A stretch of 64,000 nucleotides of DNA, taken from assembly GCF_000497125.1 (NCBI RefSeq), contig NC_090598.1:1240001-1304000 (forward strand), written 5' to 3'. Under the pieces are notes generated by a model that had not been told where the DNA came from, did no database searches, and was given only the letters and a program-made list of their open reading frames with translations. A program made the position numbers and the translations under genes. Every line of letters begins with the position of its first letter. Within the stretch, counting starts at the first letter, position 1. Positions 12,813 to 26,585 of this stretch are shown here, piece after piece. Source of the stretch: Spironucleus salmonicida. Its lineage: Eukaryota.

Positions 12813-12826
12813 AACGAATTCCTCGA

Positions 12827-13678
12827 ATGAAACTGGACCTCCACTGCCACTCAACCTGCTCTGATGGAGTACTATCGCCATAAGAACTGTACAACCAGGC
12901 AGTTCTCCTTGGTCTGGACTACCTGTCCATCACCGACCACGACTCCCTGGACTCCATGGAGATGGTGCAGCAAACGGGCCGGACAAAGTTCCTCCCAGGC
13001 GTGGAGCTTTCGGTCGTCTCGAAAAGCTCTGGCCGGAAGCATCATCTACTGGGATTCTTTCCCCGCCCATCAGCCCAGCTTGCCGCGTTCCAGGTGCGGC
13101 TGCAGGAGCTGCGGAAGGAGCGAATTGAGCGGGCTAAAGCCATCGTGAATCTGCTGAATTATCACCACGACCTCGCTTTGGACTTCGTACAGTTCGCTGC
13201 CTTCGCGCACATTAACCTTAAGAACAACACGGCCGAGAGCACCATCGGGAGACCTCATTTAGCAGATTTCCTTGTGAGCAAAGGAGTGGTAGAGTCGAGG
13301 AAATAGGCATTTTCGCTGTATCTGGGCGACGGTAGTCCGAGCTACCTGCCGTCTCCGGTATACTACCTGGAGGATGCGATTCACGAGGTGAAGGGGGCTG
13401 GTGGGTACTCGTTTATAGCCCATATCATGCTATTTGGCGCGGTCAATCTAGATGATGAGATTGCATCAGCATTTGCTCACGGATTGGATGGCCTGGAGGT
13501 GTACCATGCTTCAAACGAAGGCTTTTTTAAGGATTTAGCCGCCAGGACGAAATATTAAAGTTTGGGCAGCGACTATCATAATCATGAGTCCAAATGGGAG
13601 TTAGGCTGTGAGCGGGGGAATTCGCACATGTCAGAAGAGGCGAAATCGTTGCTGGCTTAACTTTTTAATTTATAGTGA
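12827..13678 (+). CDS. PHP-domain phosphoesterase (YciV/TrpH-like), 283 aa
   Basis: DLHCHSTCSDG, ITDHD, PGVELS, HLLGFF, IGRPHLA, IAH, GLDGLEVYH, GSDYH. Confidence 0.93.
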
Positions 13679-13727
13679 TTGAATCTCTATTAATATATAA
13701 TAACCAGTATATTTATGCTTAATATAA

Positions 13728-15905
13728 ATGTTGAGGTCTTTGTAGGTAATGGATTTGGAGGTACTCCTTAAGCGTGCAGATCTGAAAAATGAAAAATAGG
13801 CAGCAAAAATATAGGAACTACAAAAGTAAAATGCTTAATTATAGTAAGCACTGAAATAATAACTTGGTAATTAGAAATATAAATATTTAATTCAGTCTAA
13901 TGATCCAGACTTGATTAGTAACATTGAAATACTTGTGGAGAACGAAATAGATTCGCTTAATAAAGATTTATTGTAAATCACTCTAATAAAATATTGCACT
14001 GGGTAGAAAACTTTACAATCATCTTGCAAAGCATCATCGTTTATCAATGCTATGCAAAAAGAGTTTGCTCAAACAAAGAATATAAAACTCAGGTAAGAAG
14101 AAAGAGGGACATCTGCATTAAATTTTTGCAATATCTTAGAAAGTATATACCAAGGAAAATGTGAAGTAATAGAAGATAAAGAGACAATGGATTATATTAT
14201 GGATAAATATAATTCAGATTCAACAATACAGTAGTAATAATTTGGTGTTGTAGCACGTTAAAGAATTTTAGAAGGATACAAAACCGCAAGAAGTAAAGCT
14301 TTATCTTGTGAAGTGTAACTGTAGAAAGAGACTAAAAAAGTATAGCTTATTACTGAAAAATTATAGAAAGGATTTGATTAAGAGTGTTAAGAACTTATGT
14401 AGGAAAATATAATACTAAGAGAATTGAATTCTGAATTTGAAATAAAAGTTATTTCACTATAAGATGAGCTTTAATAACAGGAAAAAGATAGTACTTATGA
14501 TAATAAATAGATACCATCTATATTATTAGAGTTATAAGCATTTCTAGATAATAATAATTGCCAAACATTACATGATATTTAAGAATTTATAAATGAAAAT
14601 TTGAAGGATGCAACTGCATGTTAAAAATGTTTTACAGTTAAATAAGGTTTAAAATAAGCTTTTGAAACAGATGATTTCTTATAAATTATTAATGATCGTG
14701 ATTAACTATAGTAACAAATTTTAAACCTAAATACAATTAATATAGAATAAAATGAGTAGATTTAATCCTTATTTGAAGAAAAAGATAGCGACTCATAAAT
14801 AATATTAGAATATGATGAACTTAAAGAATTCCTTTTTTCCCTATTTAAAATAAATACAATAGATGAGCCTAATTAATTTAATTCTTTATAATTAATTAAA
14901 ATAATACAAGAATAATTTGAAACACTAATGAAACCTTTTTAAACAACAAATGTAACATAATTATACTAAAAAATCGTTAAATGTAAAAAAGAATTAAAAT
15001 CAAGTTTAGATTTCTTGGAGCATATATAAAATAAACTAGAACAACAAGATAAACGGTATTAATCATTAATCAATAATATACATAAATCACTAAACTCAAA
15101 TTGTGAAGATAACTTGATACCTTTAAAAATTTTATAGCTTAGTAAGTAAGCTTCTGAGTCCGTCAAGAATGCAGATTCATATAAAAGAGAAATTTATGAT
15201 CTTATCATTTCATAAGAGTTATTAATAACATAAGTAAATGATTTAAGCTAATAATGTATATAAGAGCAAATTATTCAGCATGAAATGGAATCTTAAATGT
15301 TTTAATAAAATCATTAAGTTTCTAATTTTATTAGTTAATAAACTTAGCAATTAGAATTTAGTAAAGAAAAGAATCTATATATTTTTGAAAAATTATTATT
15401 ACTATCAGAAAAGTTATAATAGCTTTCAGGTAAATAACTATTGGAAAATTTGAGCGAAGAATAACTAATAGATTTTGCAATCTAGTAGGTTGAAATTTTT
15501 TAAAAATAAAATAAAGCTCATATGAATATTTTTATGTGCGAAACAATTGAACAATTGTAGGCTAATATTCAATAATTAGACTTAAAAGTCTATTCAAACT
15601 TTTTGAAAGTTATTTAAATTAATTAATAATGTAAACTTAATATTGACACTATTATTTAGGAAATATCTCATTTGAAATATAGTCTAAATACCATCAAAGA
15701 ATCGATAACATGTAAATTAATTATTCCTAGCTATGTAGAAAAACCAAGGACATTGTTTGTAAACTTGCTTAAAAAGGTTAATGAAGAAGTATAGTTGTCA
15801 TTTTAGGATATCATCTAAATTTTAGAATAATGTGATGGGTTAGGAATCAATGCTACTTATTTAGGTTTAATCATGCGTAGAATCTTTGAAAGAAGTTATG
15901 AATGA
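13728..15905 (+). CDS. Long coiled-coil protein (~725 aa)
   Basis: Table 6 ATG and GAATGA stop in phase; heptad-rich Q/E/K/L composition; only partly checked internally. Confidence 0.75.
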
Positions 15906-16379
15906 GTTATTGGATTCATTTGTAATTTCTTCTGATAATTACCTAATTAAATCATCATCTGAAATTTATATTTTTTCGAGAATTTCAAATTTCAATGGCT
16001 TTTCCATTGAATATTACTTAATTGGTAACTCTAATTACTAAATATCAAAATATTTATGTTCATAAGCTTGATTTTCTTTTTAAACCTACCTATCATAAAT
16101 CTTTTTCTATCTATTATCTGATGAATAAAATGTTTATATTATAGATGAATTATCTCTAATTTTAGAATCTTTGTACTCTGGAATAATTTTTGGTATTGGA
16201 ATTTCTATTTTTATATCGGATAAACTTTGCATCAACATTGACTAGCTTTTTTAAACAATAGGTCCTCGTGGTGAATGCTAAGATAATAATTTCCTGCCAG
16301 AATTAACACCCCTAGAGGAAAGTGGCATCCTAATATTTAGACTGCTTCTGTATTTATTCAAAATTGTGTAAAACTCCAT
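15798..16379 (-). CDS. Hypothetical protein (193 aa)
   Basis: Table 6 ORF MEFYTILNKY...; 3' end overlaps the convergent gene. Confidence 0.55.
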
Positions 16380-16637
16380 TTATTATTGGTGTAATTATTT
16401 CAATAATATTTCTTAATTAACAGAAATCGAATTTATGACATGCATTCACATACTGTTTTTGTAAAATAAATATATAAATTATTATGAAGTTTCTTCCTTA
16501 AACCGATAGTTATTATTTACATATAATAGTATTTTATTTTACTGGATTCATAAAGTTTAAGATTTTTACCCGAAAGCCAAAATATTATCATTTTTATATA
16601 TTTATTATTACCTAGTTCATTATTTTTATCCTCTATT

Positions 16638-17063
16638 ATGACAATTTATTTCTCTACGAACCCAAACGGCCTAGCTATCATTTAGGCCTATGCAGCACAG
16701 TTAGACATCAAAAAATAGATCCTTAAAAATAGATATAACCTTTATGAGTTCAAAAGCTTCACTGGAATCTGCCCATCTTCTTTATCGGACACAACAAGCG
16801 TTTTAGACGTTGAAATTGGCGTTCTTTTCGAGAAAATGCGGGCGAATATTAAAAAAATTGTCGTTATTGGCGAGCAAAGCGGCCTCGTACGGGACTTTTG
16901 CGCAGCGTGCGGAATAGAAATATAAGTTATTACATGTAGCGAACTGATGAACCTGCGCGAGTGCAAGAAGTGCGCAAAGCAGATTTTCGTGGATTTGGAA
17001 ACTGCCAGATTGAGCCAGAAATACGAGTTTTTGAAGGGTTTTGTGGAAAGCATGTATGTGTGA
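16638..17063 (+). CDS. Hypothetical 141-aa alpha/beta protein
   Basis: Table 6 ORF MTIYFSTNPNG...KIVVIGEQSGLV...; weak NYN-like appearance only. Confidence 0.65.
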
Positions 17064-17098
17064 TGGTAATTATTATATATTATCAAAAAGAAAATATA

Positions 17099-18796
17099 AT
17101 GGACTCAGATAGCTCCGAGGTAGAGACAACCGTTTTCGACTTCATATCTTACTAGCCTTAAAAGGAACCAGATTTTAGCACATTATTCAACTGTGTCCTG
17201 CCAGAAAAACTCACTCGCGCATTTTTTGAGCAAACCGTCAGGTGGTATCCCCAAATTACATGCCAGCTTCTACCCCGAATTCTACCTGGTGTCCCATTCG
17301 AGCCACTATAACTTACAGCTGATAATAAAACTCTTATTCAAAATAATAAAGTACTTACTAGCCAAGAGTCCAAAAATGCGCCAACTTCTCTAAATTTAAC
17401 TAGTACTCTACAATTTGAGGCATATGTGCCTCGATTCCGGGTTGAAGATGATGATACAGAGGATGAATTTTTACCAAATTTCGCTCAGTCGTTCCGCTCT
17501 CGGTACAATTTTCAGCTTTTCAAAGAAGTCGACGTTATAAAGGAAAAAATATACAGACGAGAAACATATGACCAAGGCTGGAAGTTTGCACTTTACCAAG
17601 CATCGATAGTATAAATGAAGTGCTTCTAGTTATCCGAAGATGAATTATTTTGGCTGAATTTGCTAAAAGAGCGCAAGCCGATCAACCGCTAAAAGTAAAT
17701 GTCAGAGTATGTAAAAACTTGTGCAATTAAGATTTCTAGAACCCTTATAAAATTAGTAAAAAGGAACAAAATATTAGATATTGAAAAACGGCTTTTATAA
17801 TTCGATTTTAAGCATTTAATTAAAGAGTGTTCTGAATATAAAACGGTCAAAGACGTCAAAACTATTTAATTATAAGAAAAAGATTATTAATTGTACACTA
17901 AATATATCAAAGAATGCTTACGTTATCGCGATATTTTACTGAAAACTCCGAGACCAGTGATTGACTAAAAATAGGGCGATGCTATTTATTAGCAAGAGTA
18001 TATGCAATACCATTAAATAAAAAGCCAGTAAGAAGAGTTGTTTACAATGTAAAATTAACGTAATGAAGCTTTAAATTACATAACAGAAGTTTATATCGTT
18101 CAAAAAGCCGAATCAACAAGCAAAAGACTATAGACAGAATGTATTAAATTGGATATTGAGTAATTATACAGTAAGCATCCTAATTCTTAGCCTGATGAGT
18201 ATTTTTATAATAAGCCTCCATATCCAAAATAGCTGCCTAAAATTATTACCAGCTCGGTGACTGATGAGTAAACAATTTAACTACTTTAATAGAATAAGCG
18301 TCTTTTTTCAATTTTTAACCGCCCAGTTTCATAGCTTTAGCTTACTGCCTTTTATCACTCTTAATATCATGGTTTTGGGCTTTATAGTTTGAAAAATGAC
18401 TCTTAACAGGAATAAATATCAGAATATTGCGGGGAAGTCATTAACAGCACTTTATCTGAGATAAGAGATAAAGAATATCTTAAAAATGGCTTTCATAGTA
18501 TTTATATGTTTAGCTTGAGGCAAGATGTAATCATAGATGCTACATTTACTGGGTCGTACGCACGCTTTCTTAATCATTCTTGCACAGCAAATGCACAAAG
18601 TTGTTCAATGTATTTACATGACAATAAACTAGTTCCAAACAATAAATCATCTGGGGAGCCAATTGGAATTGGAATGTATGGAGTTGGAGTTCTGGGTTAA
18701 GAGATGACACTAGATTATAATCTATAGAAAGTTTCATATGATAAGAAAATGCCATGTCTTTGTGGATCTGAAAATTGTACAGGTCATATAAATTGA
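17099..18796 (+). CDS. SET-domain histone lysine methyltransferase with post-SET (Set1-like), 565 aa
   Basis: HGFGLYSL, EYCGEVI, IDATFTGSYARFLNHSC, EMTLDY, post-SET CLCGSENCTG. Confidence 0.93.
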
Positions 18797-18805
18797 TTTT
18801 TTAAT

Positions 18806-19717
18806 TCACTCCGAGGGACTATCATTTTCTAATAATGGTAGTAATTTAATATTCTTCAATACTTATCTAAATACTTAAATATCATTGTTGTTTTTAACTT
18901 AAAGGCGATCTAATTCGAAATTTATTTACTAATAATTCGGAAGAAAATTTGATTGAACAAGTAAATCTATAAATTAATACCAATTTGCTTAGTCTGAGAA
19001 AATTTAATTAAGAGTTTAAATTGACAGAATTTAAAGTAACTCTTATTAACTCATTAAGTTTTCTATAACTTGATTAAAGAAATTACTATTAGACAAAACT
19101 TAGATAAACGTTTATGATAATTATAATAATAGCTGTTAGAAATAAATTCTATCTTTAAATTCTTACAAAGGAAAGTTTAATAATATAATTTATAACTTCT
19201 CTAAGTAAAAATTTACAGAATAATATGACTCTGGCTATACATTTGCACTAAATAATGCGATTATTAAAGATCGAGTAAACACAAAGAACTATTCTATTAA
19301 TTTGAAACTTTAGCATAATTAAAGGTATTGCGTGAAATATTCTTTAATATAAAGAATATTTGTACAATAAATAGTGTTTTTAAGAACATAATAAAGTATA
19401 TTGTCCTATAAAACAATTTTACTTTTTAAATGATCACTAATAAGATCTAAATACTTCTGCTACATATTTTAATTTTAGGTCTAATAAAGAATATAGTATT
19501 CAAACCTAATCTACCCGATTTCAGAAAACTAATAATAATTATAATCATCAGGTATCTGAGAAATAAAACTTAAATTATAATCTAAATATTATAAAACTAT
19601 ATATTCATTATATGTTTGTAAAGCTATATTAAACGATTCAATATCATCTAGGCTACGAAAATCATCTAACTATTAACTAGTTTTAGATATTTTAGCCTAT
19701 ATAAAAACTGATCGCAT
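18806..19717 (-). CDS. Hypothetical helical protein (303 aa)
   Basis: Uninterrupted table 6 ORF ending in GAGTGA. Confidence 0.65.
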
Positions 19718-20141
19718 TTATGTGGAACGATATGCGAAGTTAAAGAAATTGGTTCATATATATCCGATAACAGTTATTATTGATGTTGTATATTTAATAT
19801 TAATTATGTTTTTAAGAATTCAAAAAATTTGTTTAGATATGTAATAAACATTATAATTTAATTATATTTATTATGATCTAGTATAAAATAAGAAGTTAAA
19901 ATTATAATATACTTAAATTATATAATAATAATATTTTAAAAATACGATTGTTTAAAATATTTGATTGTAATAATCATTAAATATACTTTAGCAATAACTT
20001 ATTCTGGGTTGATGTACTATTTGAGGATTACACGACAAAACTAAATAACCATTTATAGTATACTTAATTAATTTAGCTTAAACTTTATATTATTATAGTC
20101 TATAAACCTGATCTCACCTAAGTAGATAAGTGAAATATTCA

Positions 20142-20375
20142 TCATTCACATGTATAGCATTTATAGCATAAAGCAGTATTTACTAGTAAATTATCAATTA
20201 GTAGCCTCAAACCGTAGAAATTCACATCTTTTAGAGCCATATAGAACTTCTAATGACCACTACGCTGCCAAAATACCTCATTACTATAAATATGGTAGAA
20301 AACCTCATTTAAACCAACCAAATTTCCACACCTAGCCTCCAAAATTTACAAAACCATCCAAGACACCTCCTCCAT
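20142..20375 (-). CDS. Possible small protein (77 aa)
   Basis: MEEVSWMVLQILEARCG... ending in GAATGA; no recognisable motif. Confidence 0.3.
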
Positions 20376-20403
20376 TTATCCCAAATAAATAATACCCCAT
20401 ATC

Positions 20404-22152
20404 TCACTAATACCGCTTAAAAACGCTCCCCACGATCACCCATACGCTGCAAATCGTCTCGCAATACCCTTCCACAAACACCCTGAGCCCCATACGTAGG
20501 TCCTCTCCTATAGCCTCAATCGCTTTCCGTCCCTCCTCCTGGCTTACAATGGCGCGGAAAACACTCGGAGCGTGAAATCGCAGCGGGCCAGAAATCTGAA
20601 GTGGAAATGCAAGCAGAATCTCACCGTTTTCAACGTAATTCTTACAGGTCAGTTTGAACTGTTCGGTCCCGGTGATCATTCCGGTCAGCTGCTCAAGTTC
20701 GAATGCTGGAAGCGTCTGGCCCAGCAGCCGGGCCAGCGGCTCGCAGCGCGGTGTTTGCAACCCGACATCCGCGCGCCTGGCCGCAATGAGCTGCCAGATC
20801 TTCTGCTCGAGCGAGTCAGCGCATAGTTCTGCGGCTTGGGGATCGAAGGGAATTACCCGCGGCGGGTGCTCAGAGGTGAGCAAAAGCGCGTTTATGAGCT
20901 CCGGATCGAACCGCTTCCAAAGAGATGCAGAGGAAAGGAAAAATTGAATTCCAGTTAGCGAAATCGTTTCTGCAGTCTGTGTTATATCAATTTGCGCGTT
21001 GTTGGCCTGGAAGTTCGTAAAGATGTCCTGGTCGTTGAAAATGGCGTCGATTTGCTGAATATTAAACTTCTTGAGTGTGTTCAAGTTTTTGGCGGAATTC
21101 GTAAAATCGTAAAGCTCGTAGGTACCATCCGCTGCGAATCGCAGGTAGAAAATCTCCTCTTGGTAGTAAATTTGGACCATTTTATCGAAAATCACCAGCA
21201 CACAAATGAAGGCGAAATTCTCGTGTGTGCATCCTACTGCGACGAAAGCTGGCATCGAAAGGCCGCGCAGAAGCGAGCAAAGGAGTACTGCTTTATCCTC
21301 TTCCGTTCCAGTTCCTCGGCTCAGCGTTACGAACGGTCTGCACCAGATTCCTTGCTGCTTGTAAAGTGCGCTGTGCTGAGCGATTACGGCGCTTGGGAAC
21401 AGGTTCGTAAATCTGTAGCATTTCTGTGCCGTATTGAGCTATTTGCTGTAGATAGGTTGGATCAGGGAGACTGAAGGGACCATTTTTCCATCGTCTCTGA
21501 GCAAGTGTAACGGAACGAAAATCTTTCTTCTAGATGATTTTATAGAATTGTTGAAATCGTTGTAGTAGACAGCTGAAATTTGCTTAAATCGTTCTTCGTT
21601 GTTAACTATGCTAGCCTTGTACTGAATTACGCTGGTTAGCAGCTAGTCTTTGTTTAAATCTCCTACGATGCCTAGGAAACTGATTCTGAATGAAATTTGG
21701 CCAACGATTGAATCCTTTTCACCAATACTGTTAATTTTCATCGTAACAATTTCATTCTGAACGCCCATCGCTAGTCGTTCAAAATAGTCACTGAAGTCAT
21801 ACTCACCAACTCCAAACGCCCAGCTGGCTCCATCAGACCTTCGTTAGACTATACAAATTTATAGAGTTGAAAACTACAAAATCTGCCAAATTTGGCTTAT
21901 TTAAAGAGATTCTTAGCTTAAAGATATAATAAGTTTTTGAGACTGAAATGCCGGATTTTGCGCAGCCTTAACAGACTTTGTACTAGCCCTTCCAGCTCCC
22001 GCACGAACATGAATTGACATTATCCCTTCTTCAGATGTGTTGAAGTCTGATGCTCCCGTAACTTCAAATTATAACTAAGTTTATACATGTTACTGAGTAA
22101 TTGCATCATATCGGGTTGCGAATTCTAGTTACGAAATTGCTTGCGAATGCAT
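20404..22152 (-). CDS. CEP76: CEP76-like centrosomal protein (C2 domain plus transglutaminase-like region), 582 aa
   Basis: N-terminal C2-like strands; W..PFVTLSRGTGTEEDKAVLLCSLLRGLSMPAFVAVG; C-terminal SVWVIVG. Confidence 0.82.
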
Positions 22153-22424
22153 TTATGGTTAATTTGATTGTTATATTTATTAGAGTGCTTTAGTTTGTAA
22201 AAACTACTAGGATAGATTTTAGGTAATAAGATATTATTAAATACGCTATTCAGCTACTATTGGATCTGTCTATGGATTAATTTGAAGAGTTTAGAATATT
22301 TCTTGTATCTTATCTGGAGTAAAGAAGTTTTAAATGTTCATTTATTGAGGTTTTTGAAAATATGGAGTGGTCAGATAGATATAAATATTATATTATAATT
22401 TATCTAAATATTTTTTAAAATATT

Positions 22425-22685
22425 ATGAATAATGTATCTAGTGTTAAGGAAAACAATATGCCTATTATGGCCGTTTATTAATATCATCTAAAATAAAGTT
22501 TTGTGCGAGTAGAATTATGTATGTTTGATCATTATTACGAAGGTATTTTATTAGGGTTTGATGAATTTTTTAATATAACATTAGGATAGTGTAAGAGAGT
22601 TCACGGTTAAGAAATACTAAACTATTCTTAGATGTTAATTAAAGGGGAATCAATTGCATATATAGCCGAGTTAGCAAATGAATGA
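22425..22685 (+). CDS. Sm-fold protein, most like SmE (86 aa)
   Basis: PIMAVYQY..VRVEL...YEGILLGFDEFFNITL (Sm1); MLIKGESIAYI (Sm2). Confidence 0.85.
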
Positions 22686-23380
22686 ATAAATTACAAATCT
22701 CCATTCTAATTATATTTTCATTATTGTCATAAATTATAATTGATAAAAACTAAAAACTAAAAATCCGAAAATTCTATATTTTATCAGGATTATTATGAAA
22801 TAAGTGACGTTATTAAGTAAATAAAGTAAGAATATATAGAAATAACGCATATAATCATTGAAAGAGTGCATCAAATTAGAAAAAATCTTTGATACCAATA
22901 AGATCTGACCAAACATCTAAATGGAACTTAGTAATACTAGATTCCGTTATTACTTGCTTTTTTAAAACGTGGGAACCATCTCTCTATATTGCATAAAATT
23001 TATTCTTTAGGCATGTTGGACTAAGTGTTGGTAGTACGTTTTATGATATTGCATTCCATTATTTACCATAAATCTAAACTGCATTCATTAGATTATCAAG
23101 CTCTTATTGCGACCATTAATGATAACGGTCCATTTTTTAGTTATACGAAAAGGTTTTCAATTAAATAATAAAACTAAGTAATATATTAATTTATTTCATG
23201 ATAGTAATTCACTGTCAATATAATTAACTTATAATTTATATAAAGTAATGATATATTTATTCTAAAAATATATAAAAATTAGTCAAAATATATATTATAA
23301 TATTGCATTTTAAAGATTGAAAAAACTAGAAACTAATTAGTGTAAATTAAGGCACGATAATAAGACTAATAAATCATCAT

Positions 23381-24679
23381 TCATGATCTTTCAATAACTG
23401 GATATGCAGCATCAGTTAGTACACCGCATATATTATTTTTTATTGAGATATATATGTATCCATCAACACCCCAATTATTACTCCAACTATTTTTAATGAT
23501 CCAGTATTCACCATGTTGCTCGTCTTTTCCATATCCAACACATAATACATTATGTACCAAATCCTAAAATTTCGTCTTGCAAGATTAGTCATTGAAAACC
23601 CCACCAGCATACTAACTCATTGCTTTCGTAACATCTATAGTCACAGCAACAGGGCCTTCCATAAGTGCAAGTTTTAACTAGTTAACATCGTTAGGTACCT
23701 AACAAACGTCAACAACTTTGAATTCGGTATAATTTAACAATTCAGCTTTACAAAAATCATTTTGGCCATAATACGGATAATTTTTCTCTAATGCTAAATT
23801 TTTACCTATAAAGAATTTCATAGCATTATCTGGCTAACCGCCTTCACAACCTTAACTCCACAAAAATGAGTCTTTATCCTTCTGATCCCAGAAGCAGTCC
23901 ACAATTGACTGCTCAGAAATTCTAATTGGATTTGCTTGATTTCTTAGGACATTAATTCTTCCCTCAATCGCTCCCGCAGTTGCAAAAGTCCAGCAAGATC
24001 CGCAAGCAATTTAGTCCTTAACTGGTGTTGAAATTCCTCTGACACGCCAATCGATCGAATCTGCAATTTCTCCAGAAAGCCAACACTCTCTTCCAGATGG
24101 CTTGTTGTGTTCCGTAGGAGTTTTCAAGATTTGCTAAGAGCCTATACAAATTTCAGGGATCGCAAAGAAAGAGTCTTCAATCTTAGGCTCAAATGTATTA
24201 TAATCAATAATATACAAGTCTTTGTGTGAATTAAAATTAGATATAGAATTCATCTCCCATCTTACAGGTATACACATATCACCGCGCTTGATACAGTAAA
24301 AGTCTTATTATTCATTAGATGATGAAAAGAAAGTCATATTTTCTATTTCATTAGATATTACAGCAAATTTCCTGAAATGCTGAACTTTTTTTCCATTTAA
24401 TACTGTTTCTTTAAGATAGTCATATTCTGATAAATTAGGAACAAATATGGTTTATTATTTCTCTGAATTAATACAGGATTGCTTATCAATTTGAGTACGA
24501 ATATAATATGCAGCTTAGTCAGTAAGAATATATTTATTAGAAATTTCTGATTCCGCGTTCAAAATATGAAAATATTAGTGAGTAGAATTTTATGTTACAT
24601 AATAACGTTAAGTATTATTGGCATAAGGTACAATAAACGTTAACTCTGAAGTAAAAATACTTGACACAAGAATATTCAT
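23381..24679 (-). CDS. Papain-family (C1A) cysteine protease with a 26/29-kDa-proteinase-type N-terminal domain, 432 aa
   Basis: [52 protein letters not shown]-domain [10 protein letters not shown]. Confidence 0.93.
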
Positions 24680-24800
24680 AATTGTGAAATGAATAAATCA
24701 AAAAAGTAATTAATAATATTATATAAGAATTAATAGTATTTTTCTTACTAATCAAAGTTGTTAAAAATTATTCTATATAATAATATATAACCTTGGCCAG

Positions 24801-26585
24801 TCATTCAAATAAAGCGATAACTTCTTTTCTCTCCCCTATTTCTGCAAATTTTTTAGCATTTTCACTATTTCCGTTAACTAAATCTTTTTCATATTAATAA
24901 ATCATGGTAATAACTTCTAGATTTAGTTTTTATTTCATAACAGCAAGCATTAAAGCCGTTGTACCTTTAACAAATCCATCTATATCTTTAGTTTACACGC
25001 TATGACACATATCAACTAATAATTTCCAAGCTTTTAAATCTATGTCAGCTTCAATTAATACTGCATACATTAATGGAGAATAACCTCTGAATTAACTGGT
25101 TTCTAATACAGGGCATAATAAACGAACTGCGCCTGAGCTACCACAGTGAATAGCTAAAAATAAACTATTTACACCGTCTGGAAATTCTTCGTAATGGTGA
25201 GCAATACTATCAACACTGTTTTTGATTATTTTAATAGATTTGTCTGATATTTTAAATTTTAACAAGCTAGAACTTCCAGTAGCGGCAATTTCTCTAACTA
25301 ATCTTAATATTTTAACTGAATTAAATACAGAGGACATTAAAAGAACATTTTGACTAGGATTTTCGTGTTATAACAAAATCTAATATACATTAACTGAATC
25401 ATGTTCAATTGCATAATCAATAGCTAATTTCCGTTTTAAACTTTTCCTATTAGCCTAATCAATATAATACTCGCAACATGAAATCGCATCATTAATCGCT
25501 GAATACATTAATTCTGAAATACCATTTTTGTCAATTTATACTCCTAATAATTTACAAACTTCAATATTGTCTGATTAAATTGCGTTAAATTAACTCCCAC
25601 GGCCATTAACATCGAATGCTAACTCAAACATAGGTTGCAAATATTTAACTAAATCTATATTTTTAGACATAGCAGCATAATGTAACATGTTCAACCCATT
25701 ACAATCTACTAATTAGTTTTCTTCCGAAAATAGCATCTTGAATTCTTTTATCATACCGTTTTATGCTAAAATCATTGAAGCAGATATACCATTATTATCT
25801 TGTGCTCCTGCTTCAGAAATTAAATCCTATATAAGCTAAGTATTTTTCGATGTACATGCATGCATCAAGGCAGTTCTTCCATTGTTATCTACAGTATTCT
25901 TACAGTCTTTAAATAAATCAATTATTGATAAATTATTTGTTAAAATAGCTGAAATTAATGGAGAAACTATTGATTACTCATCGATTAACAACTAAATAAT
26001 TTCGATATTTTAAGACTCAATTGCATAAATAAGTGCTGTCTTATTACTAACATCCACTTAGCCACTTTAATGAATATACTACTTAACTGTCTTAATAGAA
26101 CCAGAATATGCTGCTAACATTAAGATTGAAACCTTGTTATCCAATGTTTCTACGTTATCTAATAATTTAACAATCTTAATATTATCATTAATGATAGACA
26201 GACTTAGTGCATTAATACCCGATCTAGTATATTTTCCGGCTTCCTATAACAATAAGTTAACACATTTTGTAAAACCGAAGAAACTGGCAAACATAAGCGC
26301 TGTGTAACCTTAGCTATCCTGCATTTTCATCTCAATCTCAGCTAAAGCTTCCACAGAAGAAATTACACCATTACATGCAGCTAACATCAAAGCAGTTTCC
26401 CCTGATGTAGTTTTGGAACGGAACTCCCCAGATTTAAGAACATTAACAGACTTAATTTTATTATTTTAAGCAGCTATCATTAATGCAGTTCTGGAAAGAT
26501 CATCTGTCGAATTCTTATGTCTAATAGCAAGACGCTAAAGCGTATCTATATCTTCATTTAAAGCAGCGGTTATATACGTTTGCAT
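24801..26585 (-). CDS. Ankyrin-repeat protein (Protein 21.1-like), 594 aa
   Basis: Repeated TALMIAA, GETALMLAA, GYTALMFAS, GRTALMHAC, GTTALMLAV. Confidence 0.93.
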
